Shown here: in pieces, positions 1 to 12,000 of the stretch
Layout of the letters: each line of letters opens with the position of its first letter
Position numbering within the stretch: the stretch's first letter is position 1
NCBI GenBank assembly: GCA_032718475.1
Contig: JAUCBJ010002256.1
Span: 1 to 36,118 of the forward strand
Reading direction: 5' to 3'
DNA length: 36,118 nt
Source of the DNA: Nemertoderma westbladi
Taxonomy: Eukaryota; Animalia; Xenacoelomorpha
Position numbers and translations under genes: made by a program
Notes under the pieces: generated by a model
What the model was told of the DNA's origin: nothing
Seen by the model: the letters and a program-made list of their open reading frames with translations, nothing else
Databases searched by the model: none

Positions 1-1501
1 ATACTGCAGTTCAATTTGTTTTGTAACACTATATCGCTGTATATTTTATTAAGGAATTGAGAAACTAGTTGAACATCAACATTTGAGTACAAATTTGGAA
101 TAAATTACGTATTACATGGGAAAAATACGTTTTTTTCCATGTAATAAATAATTATTTTGGTGGAATTTCTGAAATTGTACGGTATTACGTGTGTTGAAAC
201 AGCATCGAAGTAAAAATGTTTGCACGTAATTTTAGAAAACAAAAATCATATATTTAATTTTATGTTCTAGAATTTTTAATTTTTTAAAGAATTTCTAGTA
301 GTAATAAATACGTTCTAGATGGAACTTTTTTTTAGGTACCTAACATGTTTGTATTACATTTTAAAAAATAGCCTACTTTCAAGAAAAATATTTTTTAGTT
401 TCTAAAAAATATTTGAGTGAAACGCAATTATGCCAGCTGGGGATGCAATTAAGTTGTCGAAATGCATCAATATATTATACCTGGAATAGTCAGGAAATTT
501 CATTTTTTCTTGAAATGTCAGGGAATTCTCGAAAAAATTGGACAAATCAGGGAAAAGTCCGGATATGACGTGATATACAGGAAATGTCGATGGCACCATG
601 ACGAACAGTCGTATTGGCAATTTTTGCGATTTTGACTTTATTGGGTATTTGAGTTCATAAAAGGTGGAACTATGTTTTGACAAAAGGTCGTATTCATATC
701 TTCAGTATTAAACACTGTACAGTAAAAAGCAAACGGCCTTATATCGTATTTCTAAATAATTTTAATTTGACGAAAGGTCGTATAAGAAAAATTTCCCAAA
801 ACGTCTGTTCGTCAAAAAGTTAGTCAATGATTATCTTGTAATACGACCTATTAATGTTTATAAAAATATGAACTAAAATGTAAGAAACCTTACTAATATT
901 GTTATATTGATGTTTTATTCATATTTCAATATGCAATATTAACTAATTTGCCCAAAACAATGAGAGTAGAGTTGAACTTGACAGAAAATTTATGATACAT
1001 TTATTTTTATGCAAGTGGGTGGGTACAACACTGCTCATATTGTAAAGTAATAAAGTTATTGTTGGACGTGAAACACAAAACACCAAAGGCAATCCAAACA
1101 AAGGCTCCACTCTCGCTCTCTTGGCTGTTAATATAAGGCAGAGAGGATGCCACACTTACTTCCAATGTTAAATACTCTCATTATACAACACTTTTATTTA
1201 TCCCCCCACTGTAACTTCTCTTTCGATTATTGTTGTGTTGGTTAAAATAACCGGTCACAGGAAACTGTTCCTTTCCCTAAATTGAAAATTGACATTGTTG
1301 ATTCGCCCTCGACCCCCACCCCCCCCCCCCCCCCCCGCCCCCCGTATAAATGGAAAACAATGAATTGTTTTCTTCTGAATGTAAAATATTTTAAGAATTA
1401 TAGAGAACAATATTATTTAATTACTTTTCCTTCAATGAGTATTGAGTTAATTCATAAGATTAGTATGAGTACTTGTTAAGTTTTACAATATGTTTGTTGA
1501 A

Positions 1502-4500
1502 TTACTGATGTGGAAGGGAAAGATAAAATTGCGAATACACGGCGGGTATCACTGGTGTATTACCAGTACAGAGCGAAACGAGGTCATCATACTTTCCTGT
1601 AGCCAATCGTGGAGCTGAAGAATATGCTTTAGCTATAGCTGGAATAGATTTTTTTTCTCGAATTTTGGGAAGAGTAATGGCATCAAATTCCGGTTGTTGA
1701 TGCATATTCTTGAAGTAAATTTTCTCTGGGTCTACCTTTTTAACCAATATTTGGCACATTGAAGGCCAATTGACATTCACCCCATTGTCACTCTCTCTGG
1801 TCTTTAAGATTCCAAGAGATCTGGAATACTCCTTGAAATCGTTTATATCATCACTAGTAACTTCTATTACATTATACGGTATATTTCTACTCAACTTAAT
1901 TACAGGTATAAGCTGTGATGGAAGCATAACCTGACCGCAGCGCTTCATGGCCCTCTCCACACAAGCATGGACTGAGTCCCCTTCACATTGACCATGATTT
2001 GGCACAGATATAATTAGATGAACACTCTCTGCTTTCTTCGAATTCCCTAGGAATTCACGAAACATAGCAGGCAAAATCGAGTTCTTATTCTGGCCGCTGC
2101 ATCCATCTGCAAACAGTTTAATGTCTGTCACTCCCCGACCATCTTGGAAATGAAGCCACTTATTAAGAAATGATGAGATTTCATTCGATCCCCGCTGAGC
2201 CACTGCTTCATGCCACAAATAGCAATGTACCTCTTTTGAAGCCAGATTATATATTGTAAAATTATAATTTGCTAAACGTCTCTTATAAAAGATTTCCGCC
2301 CTGTTGGATTTTGGAAGGTAAATGACCTGCTCAAGGTCAAATGAAGCTGCGGCGATTTGGTTACATTCATCAGCTTTTGCTCTTTTTGTTAAATCCTCTT
2401 TTATCTCTCTATATTTCAACTTTTCACTAGTGTGCTGCTCGTACTCTTCTTTCAGCTCAGCATTAATCTCACCACCAACAATATTTTGGGTCTTTACAGC
2501 ACTACGGTGCGTTTCGCAAAGACCACACAAATTTTTCTTTGGGTGATGGATAGCTAGGTTTTTCGATTGAAAGACGTTAGAATATTTACTAAAGGAAGCA
2601 GCAGGATTTCCTGCTCTCTTTTCTTCAGCTTTATACATTCTGAACATCTTTGGAACAGAAAGATCCTCCGATAAATAATTCTTCTTGGAATCTTTCCTGG
2701 TATAATGTGCATCGACCTTTGGAAATCTATCAATATGCTCACTTGTTCTTGTTTCAAGAAACTCATCTTTCACTTTTAGAGATGCTACTCGACCACCTCG
2801 TTTCTCTCCTTCCAAGACACCATCTGCAGACAGCTTCTTGATGGTTGTATAAACAAATTTCTCGCTTATATTAAAAGTTTTGAGAAAAAGTTGTTTGCAA
2901 ACAGAAATGTATTCACCATCTTTAAATAGTGTGTAATTAAGAGTTTGTTTCTTTTTCCCCTTTGGTTCACAAAGTGATGTAGATCTAACATGGCGCAATA
3001 TATATTTACGCTGCTCCTCTAAACTGCCAAGATCATAAAACGATTCCATAAGATTCTTGCGAACTTCCTCAGTAACTAACCTACAGTCTTTAATTTCCTT
3101 GGTGTTGCGAAGGGCGCAGTTACATCTTGTACCAAGGACACGACGAGAACTAAACTCTTTACGGGACTTCTCGCTCAAATACGGTTGGCCTGAATTCCGA
3201 TTCTTCTTTACTATCAGTCTCTTGCACTTTGAGTGCTTTATGCTTACATTAACAACACCATCACCTTCTGGTGGTGCCCCATCCACAATAAAATCTTCAG
3301 GTACACATTCTATGTTATCGTCTCCTTCTTCAAAATTATTACTCTGAAAAGGTGAATCTTGAAAAATATCATAATCCTCAAAAAACTCAGAATCAGACAA
3401 ATCACTATATTCTGAAGGTGAGTAATCTTCATCTAAATAGGAGTCATCGCAGTCACTTTCTATGTTCTCATCGAGTCCATACAGAGGTTCTTTATTTCTA
3501 GATTTCCTCGCCATAGCATTCTCTGGGGGAACTTGGACCATCGCAGCTGCGTCAGGGGGAACATCAACCATCATAGCACTGGCTGGAGGAACATCTACAA
3601 TAGTAGCTTTGTCCAGGGGCATATCAAAAACCATACTGTCCAAAGAAAACCCATAAAAATTTGACACATTGATACAACAGTTGTCACACTCACTTTCTAT
3701 GTTACTATTGACTTCATATAGAGGTTCTTTACATAAATATATTGCTTGACTGGGGGGAACATCGAACACTGTAGCTTTTTCTGGGGGAACATCGACAATC
3801 GTAGCTATGTCTGCAGGAATATCGAACACTGTAACCTTGTCTGGGGGAACATCGACAATCGTAGCTATGTCTGCAGGAACATCGACCATCATAGCTTTGT
3901 CTAGGGGAACATCGACAATCATAGCTTTGTCTGGGGGAACATCGACCAACATAGCTTTGTCTGCGGGAATATCGAACACTATAGCCTTGTCTGGGGGAAC
4001 ATCGACAATCGTAGCTATGTCTGCAGGAACATCGACCATCATAGCTTTGTCTAGGGGAACATCGACAATCATAGCTTTGTCTGGGGGAACATCGACCAAC
4101 ATAGCTTTGTCTGCGGGAATATCGAACACTGTAGCCTTGTCTGGGGGAACATCAACAATCGTAGCTATGTCTGTAGGAACATCGACCATCATAGCTTTGT
4201 CTAGGGGAACATCGACAATCATAGCTTTGTCTGGGGGAACATCGACCAACATAGCTTTGTCTGCGGGAATATCGAACACTGTAGCCTTGTCTGGGGGAAC
4301 ATCAACAATCGTAGCTATGTCTGTAGGAACATCGACCATCATAGCTTTGTCTAGGGGAACATCGACAATCATAGCTTTGTCTGGGGGAACATCGACCAAC
4401 ATAGCTTTGTCTGCGGGAATATCGAACACTGTAGCCTTGTCTGGGGAAACATCGACAATCGTAGCTATGTCTGTAGGAACATCGACAATCGTAGCTATGT

Positions 4501-4699
4501 CTGCAGGAACATCGACCATCATAGCTTTGTCTAGGGGAACATCGACAATCGTAGCTTTGTCTGGGGGTACATCGATCAATATAGCTTTGTCTGGGGGAAG
4601 CTCATTCCCCATAATGCTTTCACCCAAACTGTCCAAAATAAACCCATAAAAAATAGACTCATCATCGGAATCAAACGATCTATTCCTTGTTGTATCCAT
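1502..4699 (-). CDS. Sola1-type DDD transposase (about 1065 aa from the first ATG at 4699) with an N-terminal tandem 10-aa repeat region
   Basis: Uninterrupted ORF. Motifs: CxC...C (TRCNC..KDC), VCKQLFLKTFNIS, HYTRKDS, HHPKKNLCGLC, and catalytic-type segments SFDLEQV, FYKRRLANYNF, WHEAVAQRGSNEI, FADGCSGQNKN, HGQCEGDSVH. The ORF-track start at 4747 is not an ATG. Confidence 0.85.
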   Translation of the reverse strand: MDTTRNRSFDSDDESIFYGFILDSLGESIMGNELPPDKAILIDVPPDKATIVDVPLDKAMMVDVPADIATIVDVPTDIATIVDVSPDKATVFDIPADKAMLVDVPPDKAMIVDVPLDKAMMVDVPTDIATIVDVPPDKATVFDIPADKAMLVDVPPDKAMIVDVPLDKAMMVDVPTDIATIVDVPPDKATVFDIPADKAMLVDVPPDKAMIVDVPLDKAMMVDVPADIATIVDVPPDKAIVFDIPADKAMLVDVPPDKAMIVDVPLDKAMMVDVPADIATIVDVPPDKVTVFDIPADIATIVDVPPEKATVFDVPPSQAIYLCKEPLYEVNSNIESECDNCCINVSNFYGFSLDSMVFDMPLDKATIVDVPPASAMMVDVPPDAAAMVQVPPENAMARKSRNKEPLYGLDENIESDCDDSYLDEDYSPSEYSDLSDSEFFEDYDIFQDSPFQSNNFEEGDDNIECVPEDFIVDGAPPEGDGVVNVSIKHSKCKRLIVKKNRNSGQPYLSEKSRKEFSSRRVLGTRCNCALRNTKEIKDCRLVTEEVRKNLMESFYDLGSLEEQRKYILRHVRSTSLCEPKGKKKQTLNYTLFKDGEYISVCKQLFLKTFNISEKFVYTTIKKLSADGVLEGEKRGGRVASLKVKDEFLETRTSEHIDRFPKVDAHYTRKDSKKNYLSEDLSVPKMFRMYKAEEKRAGNPAASFSKYSNVFQSKNLAIHHPKKNLCGLCETHRSAVKTQNIVGGEINAELKEEYEQHTSEKLKYREIKEDLTKRAKADECNQIAAASFDLEQVIYLPKSNRAEIFYKRRLANYNFTIYNLASKEVHCYLWHEAVAQRGSNEISSFLNKWLHFQDGRGVTDIKLFADGCSGQNKNSILPAMFREFLGNSKKAESVHLIISVPNHGQCEGDSVHACVERAMKRCGQVMLPSQLIPVIKLSRNIPYNVIEVTSDDINDFKEYSRSLGILKTRESDNGVNVNWPSMCQILVKKVDPEKIYFKNMHQQPEFDAITLPKIREKKSIPAIAKAYSSAPRLATGKYDDLVSLCTGNTPVIPAVYSQFYLSLPHQ
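3745..4603 (-). repeat. Coding minisatellite, 30-bp unit (about 29 copies), with a 150-bp higher-order repeat x4
   Basis: Translation shows D(V/I)PxD(K/I)A(M/T)(I/M/V/L)(V/F) decapeptides. The block DIPADKAMLV-DVPPDKAMIV-DVPLDKAMMV-DVP(T/A)DIATIV-DVPPDKxxVF occurs four times. Confidence 0.95.
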
Positions 4700-5652
4700 A
4701 AGTAGCAGAGTAGTAAATAGGTCTAAGTCAAAAAGTACCGTGAACAAAACATAATAATAATAAGCCTATAAACATGACTACCGGTAAAACAACAGAGCAA
4801 TTTTTAATTCGCTTGACTGAATCTAAAACATTACAGACATAGTCTAATAACAGTAGTGAGAATTCTAAACAAGGATGCTAAATAATTAGACAGGAAAAAG
4901 TCTGAAAGTAGGGCTAACAATGCGAGCGATTATTGAGCTATAATTTTTTGATCCTAACAAATTTCGTTGAAATTTCACACAGGATGTTTAGATACCGGTA
5001 GCAAAAATAGGGAACTGACAAAACTGATAGTACTGGTATAGCATATTTACTTATGAAAGCCTACTATAGTGCAGCACCAGAACTGTATCGGTACCTGTCT
5101 GCCTGTAGGCCTCATAGGCCTATAAGAACAAATAATCGTTTCTAATTTTAGCAAAACTATAATTAATTATATTCAGAATTACAATGGAGGACCTTATTGC
5201 TCCATTGTGAACCGGGCTTATGCTATAAGTAAAAATATACTACTTGACATATTTTGGCAAAAGCCCTTGATATTTTTTTGACGAAACGGCGTATTTCAAA
5301 TATGGCGTCATTACATGACGTCATACTATTTAAATAAAAAAAAATCATTTTTTTCTGAAAGCCCTCATCAAAATTGTTGTTACAATGAAATATGAAGCGG
5401 TTTTATAAAGTTGATTGCAAGTTATGCATAATTTAAAAACTAAAAATTTTCAAACGCCATTTTCTCAAAATCATCAAAACATGAATACGACTGTTCGTCA
5501 TGGTGCCATCGATGTGACATAAGTGAAAATGTGAAAAAAAAGTATTGTGTAGTATTGTTAGTTCTCACTAGCTCTCAGACTAGATAGCACTGAATAATCT
5601 ACTCCCCCCCCCCTCGTTTTCTCGATGTAATCACTTGTTGTTTGTTTTGTAG

Positions 5653-5679
5653 CGCTGCCGAGAGCGTACCCATGAAGAG
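5653..5679 (+). CDS. Putative 27-nt micro-exon of an unidentified host gene (AAESVPMK)
   Basis: ttgttttgtag acceptor, GC-rich 27 nt, AG|gtttgt donor; phase-compatible with the candidate exon at 8318. Confidence 0.35.
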
Positions 5680-6049
5680 GTTTGTTTTGCACAAATATAA
5701 TTGTTTTCATTTCATTTCGATGTCTCTAGAACTTTAGTTAGACTAAACCACTTATTTAGTTCGAGGTTCGAGTCATTCTTGGCTTGTTTTTTATCTATAT
5801 GTTGTTCGACTGAACTGTTTATGCCTGTCTGACTGATTGATTGCACAAATATACTAATATATCATTAATAGTTGAAATCAACTATTTCACATTAATCCTG
5901 TCTGATATCATTGAATTCTTTCTTTGGGCCGAATATTTCAAGTTTGTAATAAACAGTAGATATAATTATTTATTTCGTGGAGAAAAAGTTATAACCTTAA
6001 CCAATAACTCTACTTTATTTACACAAACAAACAAACTGTTATATAGTGA

Positions 6050-8290
6050 ACTTTATGTTATTTGCTCCAACCTAAGTTTATGTTATTTGCTCCAACCTAA
6101 GTTTGTGTTATTTGCTCCAACCTAAGTTTGTGTTATTTGCTCCAACCTAAGTTTGTGTTATTTTCTCAAACCCAAGTATGTGTTATTTGCTCCACATCAA
6201 GTTTGTGTTACTTGTTTGCAACCTAGGTTTATGTTATTTGCTCCAACCCATTGTTATGTTATTTGCTCGAATAGATTGTTACATTATTTGTTCCAATCCA
6301 ATGTCATTTGCTCCAATTCAGTTGATGTAATTTACTCCAATCTAAGTTTGTGTTATTCGATCCAACGCATGTTTCTATTATTTGTTTTAACCCAAGTATA
6401 AGTAATTTGCACAAACCCAAATTTGTGTTATTTGCTCAAAACCTAAGTTTGTGTTATTTGCTCCAACCTAAGTTTGTGTTATTTGCTCCAACCTAAGTTT
6501 GTGTTATTTGCTCCAACCTAAGTTTGTGTTATTTGCTCCAACCTAAGTTTGTGTTATATACTCCAACCTAAGTTTGTGTTATTTGCTCCAACCTAAGTTT
6601 GTGCTATATACTCCAACCTAAGTTTGTATTATTTTCTCCAACCCAAGTTTATGTTATTTGCACAAACCCAATTTTGAGTTATTTGCACAAACCCAAGTTT
6701 GTGTTATTTGCTCCAACCTAAGTTTGTGTTATTTGCTCCAACCTAAGTTTGTGTTATTTGCTCCAACCTAGGTTTGTGTTATTTGCTCCAACCTAAGTTT
6801 GTGTTATTTGCTCCAACCTAAGTTTGTGTTATTTGCTCCAACCTAAGTTTGTGTTATTTGCTCCAACCTAAGTTTGTGTTATATACTCCAACCTAAGTTT
6901 GTGTTATTTGCTCCAACCTAAGTTTGTGTTATATACTCCAACCTAGGTTTGTATTATTTTCTCCAACCCAAGTTTATGTTATTTGCACAAACCCAATTTT
7001 GTGTTATTTGCTCCAACCTAAGTTTGTGTTATTTGCTCCAACCTAAGTTTGTATTATTTGCTACAACCCAAGTTTATGTTGTTTGCACAAACCCAGGTTT
7101 GTGTTATTTGCCCCAACCTAAGTTTGTGTTATTTGCTCCAACCTAAGTTTGTTTTATTTGCTCCAACCTAAGTTTGTTTTATTTGCTCCAACCTAAGTTT
7201 GTGTTATTTGCCCCAACCTAAGTTTGTGTTATTTGCTCCAACCTAAGTTTGTTTTATTTGCTCCAACCTAAGTTTGTGTTATTTGCTCCAACCTAAGTTT
7301 GTGTTATTTGCTCCAACCTAAGTTTGTGTTATTTGCTCCAACCTAAGTTTGTATTATTTGCTACAACCCAAGTTTATGTTATTTGCACAAACCCAGGTTT
7401 GTGTTATTTGCCCCAACCTAAGTTTGTGTTATTTGCTCCAACCTAAGTTTGTGTTATTTGCTCCAACCTAAGTTTGTGTTATTTGCTCCAACCTAAGTTT
7501 GTGTTATTTGCTCCAACCAAAGTTTGTGTTATTTGCTCCAACCTAAGTTTGTGTTATTTGCTCCAACCTAAGTTTGTATTATTTGCTCCAACCTAAGTTT
7601 GTGTTATTTGCTCCAACCTAAGTTTGTTTTATTTGCTCCAACCTAAGTTTGTGTTATTTGCTCCAACCTAAGTTTGTGTTATTTGCTCCAACCCAAGTTT
7701 GTATTATTTGCTCCAACCTAAGTTTGTGTTATTTGCTCCAACCTAAGTTTGTTTTATTTGCTCCAACCTAAGTTTGTGTTATTTGCTCCAACCTAAGTTT
7801 GTGTTATTTGCTCCAACCTAAGTTTGTGTTATTTGCTCCAACCTAAGTTTGTATTATTTGCTCCAACCCAAGTTTATGTTATTTGCACAAACCCAGGTTT
7901 GTGTTATTTGCTCCAACCCTAGTTTGTGTTATTTGCTCCAACCTAAGTTTGTGTTATTTGCTCCAACCTAAGTTTGTGTTATTTGCTCCAACCTAAGTTT
8001 GTATTATTTGCTCCAACCCAAGTTTATGTTATTTGCACAAACCCAGGTTTGTGTTATTTGCTCCAACCTAAGTTTGTGTTATTTGCTCCAACCTAAGTTT
8101 GTGTTATTTGCTCCAACCTAAGTTTGTGTTATTTGCTCCAACCTAAGTTTGTGTTATTTGCTCCAACTCATAACATAACTCATGTATGTGTCATCTATGT
8201 CCAACCCAAGATTGTGTTATTTCTCCAACCCAAGTTTCTGTTTATTTGCTCCAACCCAAGTTTCTGTTTATTTGCTCCAACCCAATTATA
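6050..8290. repeat. 25-bp tandem minisatellite (about 90 copies), consensus GTTATTTGCTCCAACCTAAGTTTGT
   Basis: Directly visible 25-bp period (e.g. 6061, 6086, 6111). Degenerate at about 6250-6420 and at the right end. Confidence 0.97.
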
Positions 8291-8317
8291 TTTAATATTC
8301 ACATTTTTTCTCTTTAG

Positions 8318-8371
8318 TTTGCCAGATGACTATGAACCGGACTTAGTAGTGGAGGGTAATTACAATAAATC
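8318..8371 (+). CDS. Putative 54-nt micro-exon (LPDDYEPDLVVEGNYNK)
   Basis: Strong acceptor ttttttctctttag, donor TC|gtgagt, open frame, length a multiple of 3. Confidence 0.5.
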
Positions 8372-9026
8372 GTGAGTATATTTTATTCTTAGTTTATAAC
8401 TTTTTCGCCTTGAGTTAATATCGGGACGCCAAATTCGGGAGAAGAGTACATTTTTTCTCTAGGGATGAAAATAACACAGAATTGCATTGATTTTACTTTT
8501 TTACCGGCGGAAAAAGTAAAATGAAATATTTTTGGTGGAATTTCTTAAATTTAATTACATGTGTTGAAAGAGCATCGAAATAGTAAAGGGTTGTTAAGTC
8601 TGCAAGGCGTACTCCAAAACGGAACTCATTTCAAATATTTGTTTATGTAGTAAAGCGGCTCTCTCGTTACGAAATAAATATTCGAGAACACTAAAGTATT
8701 TAACATTGAGTAAGGCAACATCAGGAGTTGAAGAGTACAATAATTTGAATCGCAGTTACTATGGAAGCAATATAGTAAAATACTACAGTTCAATTTATTT
8801 TGTAACACTATATCGCTGTATCTTCCATTAAAGTAAAAACAAAACGTATCAATCAAACGTATCAAAAGCTCTACTTTTTCCAAAGTGATAAAATAAACAT
8901 TATATTTAATTGTTTCATTTTTATTCTAAACTTGAAACCTTAGGCCCTCCTCTACTTATATCCCTAGGATGAACATAATATGTTCGTTATAATACAATAC
9001 ACTATATTTTACTCCTAAAAATTGAA

Positions 9027-12000
9027 TTCCCGTTCCATTGCTTGGCTATATAATACCCCGCGTTCCCTCCCGTTCCATTGCTTGGCTGCCCCGCGTTCCC
9101 TCTCGTTCCATTGCTTGGCTATATAATGCCCCGCGTTCCCACCCGTTCCATTGCTTGCCTATATAATACCCCGCGTTCCCTCCCGTTCCATAATGCCCCG
9201 CGTTCCCTCCAGTTCCATTGCTTGGCTATATAATGCCCCGCGTTCCATCCCATTCCATTGCTTGGCTATATAATACCCCGCGTTCCCTCCCGTTCCATAA
9301 TGCCCCGCGTTCCCACCCGTTCCATTGATTGGCTATATAATTCCCCGCGTTCCATCCCATTCCATTGCTTGGCTATATAATACCCCGCGTTCCCTCCCGT
9401 TCCATAATGCCCCGCGTTCCCTCCAGTTCCATTGCTTGGCTATATAATGCCCCGCGTTCCCTCACGTTCCATTGCTTGGCTATATAATACCCCGCGTTCC
9501 CTCCCGTTCCATAATGCCCCGCGTTCCCTCCAGTTCCATTGCTTGGCTATATAATGCCCCGCGTTCCCTCCCGTTCCATTGCTTGGCTATATAATACCCC
9601 GCGTTCCCTCCCGTTCCATAATGCCCCGCGTTCCCTCCAGTTCCATTGCTTGGCTATATAATGCCCCGCGTTCCCTCACGTTCCATTGCTTGGCTATATA
9701 ATACCCCGCGTTCCCTCCCGTTCCATAATGCCCCGCGTTCCCTCCAGTTCCATTGCTTGGCTATATAATGCCCCGCGTTTCCTCCAGTTCCATTGCTTGG
9801 CTATATAATACCCCGCGTTTCCTCCCGTTCCATAATGTCCCGCGTTCCCTCCCGTTCCATAATTCCCCGCGTTCCCTCCCGTTCCAGTGCTTGGCTATAT
9901 AATACCCCACGTTCCCTCCGGTACCATAATGCCCCGCGTTCACTCCCGTTCCATAATGCCGCGAGTTCCCTCCCGTTCCATTGCTTGGCTATATAATACC
10001 CCGCGTTCCCTCCCGTTCCATTGCTTGGCTGCCCCGCGTTCCCTCCCGTTCCATTGCTTGGCTATATAATGCCCCGCGTTCCATCCCATTCCATTGCTTG
10101 GCTATATAATACCCCGCGTTCCCTCCCGTTCCATAATGCCCCGCGTTCCCTCCAGTTCCATTGCTTGGCTATATAATGCCCCGCGTTCCCTCACGTTCCA
10201 TTGCTTGGCTATATAATACCCCGCGTTCCCTCCCGTTCCATAATGCCCCGCGTTCCCTCCCGTTCCATAATTCCCCGCGTTCCCTCCCGTTCCAGTGCTT
10301 GGCTATATAATACCCCACGTTCCCTCCGGTACCATAATGCCCCACGTTCACTCCCGTTCCATAATGCCGCGAGTTCCCTCCCGTTCCATTGCTTGGCTAT
10401 ATAATACCCCGCGTTCCCACCCGTTCCATTGATTGGCTATATAATGCCCCGCGTTCCATCCCATTCCATTGCTTGGCTATATAATGCCCCGCGTTCCCTC
10501 CCATTCCATTGCTTGGCTATATAATACCCCGCGTTCCCTCCCGTTCCATAATGTCCCGCGTTCCCTCCCGTTCCATAATTCCCCGCGTTCCCTCCCGTTC
10601 CAGTGCTTGGCTATATAATACCCCACGTTCCCTCCGGTACCATAATGCCCCGCGTTCACTCCCGTTCCATAATGCCGCGGGTTCCCTCCCGTTCCATTGC
10701 TTGGCTGCCCCGCGTTCCCTCCCGTTCCATTGCTTGGCTGCCCCGCGTTCCCTCCCGTTCCATTGCTTGGCTATATAATACCCCGCGTTCCCTCCCGTTC
10801 CATTGCTTGGCTATATAATACCCCGCGTTCCCTCCCGTTCCATAATGCCCCGCGTTCCCTCCCGTTCCATAATGCCCCGCGTTCCCTCCCGTTCCATTGC
10901 TTGGCTATATAATACCCTGCGTTCCCTCCCATTCCATTGCTTGGCTATATAATGCCCCGCGTTCCCTCCCGTTCCATTGCTTGGCTATATAATGCCCCGC
11001 GTTCCCACCCGTTCCATTGCTTGGCTATATAATACCCTGCGTTCCCTCCCATTCCATTGCTTGGCTATATAATGCCCCGCGTTCCCTCCCGTTCCATTGC
11101 TTGGCTATATAATGCCCCGCGTTCCCACCCGTTCCATTGCTTGGCTATATAATACCCCGCGTTCCCTCCCGTTCCATAATGTCCCGCGTTCCCTCCCGTT
11201 CCATAATTCCCCGCGTTCCCTCCCGTTCCAGTGCTTGGCTATATAATACCCCACGTTCCCTCCGGTACCATAATGCCCCGCGTTCACTCCCGTTCCATAA
11301 TGCCGCGGGTTCCCTCCCGTTCCATTGCTTGGCTATATAATACCCCGCGTTCCCTCCCGTTCCATTGCTTGGCTGCCCCGCGTTCCCTCCCATTCCATTG
11401 CTTGGCTATATAATACCCCACGTTCCCTCCGGTACCATAATGCCCCGCGTTCACTCCCGTTCCATAATGCCGCGGGTTCCCTCCCGTTCCATTGCTTGGC
11501 TATATAATACCCCGCGTTCCCTCCCGTTCCATTGCTTGGCTGCCCCGCGTTCCCTCCCATTCCATTGCTTGGCTATATAATACCCCACGTTCCCTCCGGT
11601 ACCATAATGCCCCGCGTTCACTCCCGTTCCATAATGCCGCGGGTTCCCTCCCGTTCCATTGCTTGGCTATATAATACCCCGCGTTCCCTCCCGTTCCATT
11701 GCTTGGCTGCCCCGCGTTCCCTCCCGTTCCATTGCTTGGCTATATAATGCCCCGCGTTCCCTCCAGTTCCATTGCGTGGCTATGAAATGCCCCGCGTTCC
11801 CTCCCGTTCCATTGCTTGGCTATATAATGCCCCGCGTTCCCTCCCGTTCCATTGCTTGGCTATATATTGCCCCGCGTTCCCTCCAGTTCCATTGCGTGGC
11901 TATGAAATGCCAAGCGTTCACTCCCGTTCCATTGCTTGGCTATATACTGCCCCGTGTTCCCTCCCGTTCTATTTCTTGGCTATATAATGCCCCGCGTTCC

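Larger units (their letters stand above)
588..5511 (-). mobile_element. Full-length Sola1-like DNA transposon (4924 bp)
   Basis: Perfect 28-bp TIRs CGATGGCACCATGACGAACAGTCGTATT (588-615; reverse complement at 5484-5511). Flanking 4-bp direct repeat ATGT at 584-587 and 5512-5515. One internal transposase ORF. A 4-bp TSD, short TIR and the transposase motifs fit Sola1. Confidence 0.85.

Noticed and set aside
478-565. Clustered GTCAGG(G)AA motifs suggesting a MITE interrupted by the Sola1 element
   Set aside because: No TIR or TSD found on either side.
1312-1344. Poly-C tract and PTPPPPPRPP ORF
   Set aside because: Low-complexity homopolymer in the transposon's non-coding part; the ORF is incidental.
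3807-4649. 280-aa + strand ORF (SGGTSTIIAL repeats) resembling an ice-nucleation/adhesin-type repeat protein
   Set aside because: Antisense shadow of the stop-free 30-bp array inside the transposase; no unique flanking coding sequence.
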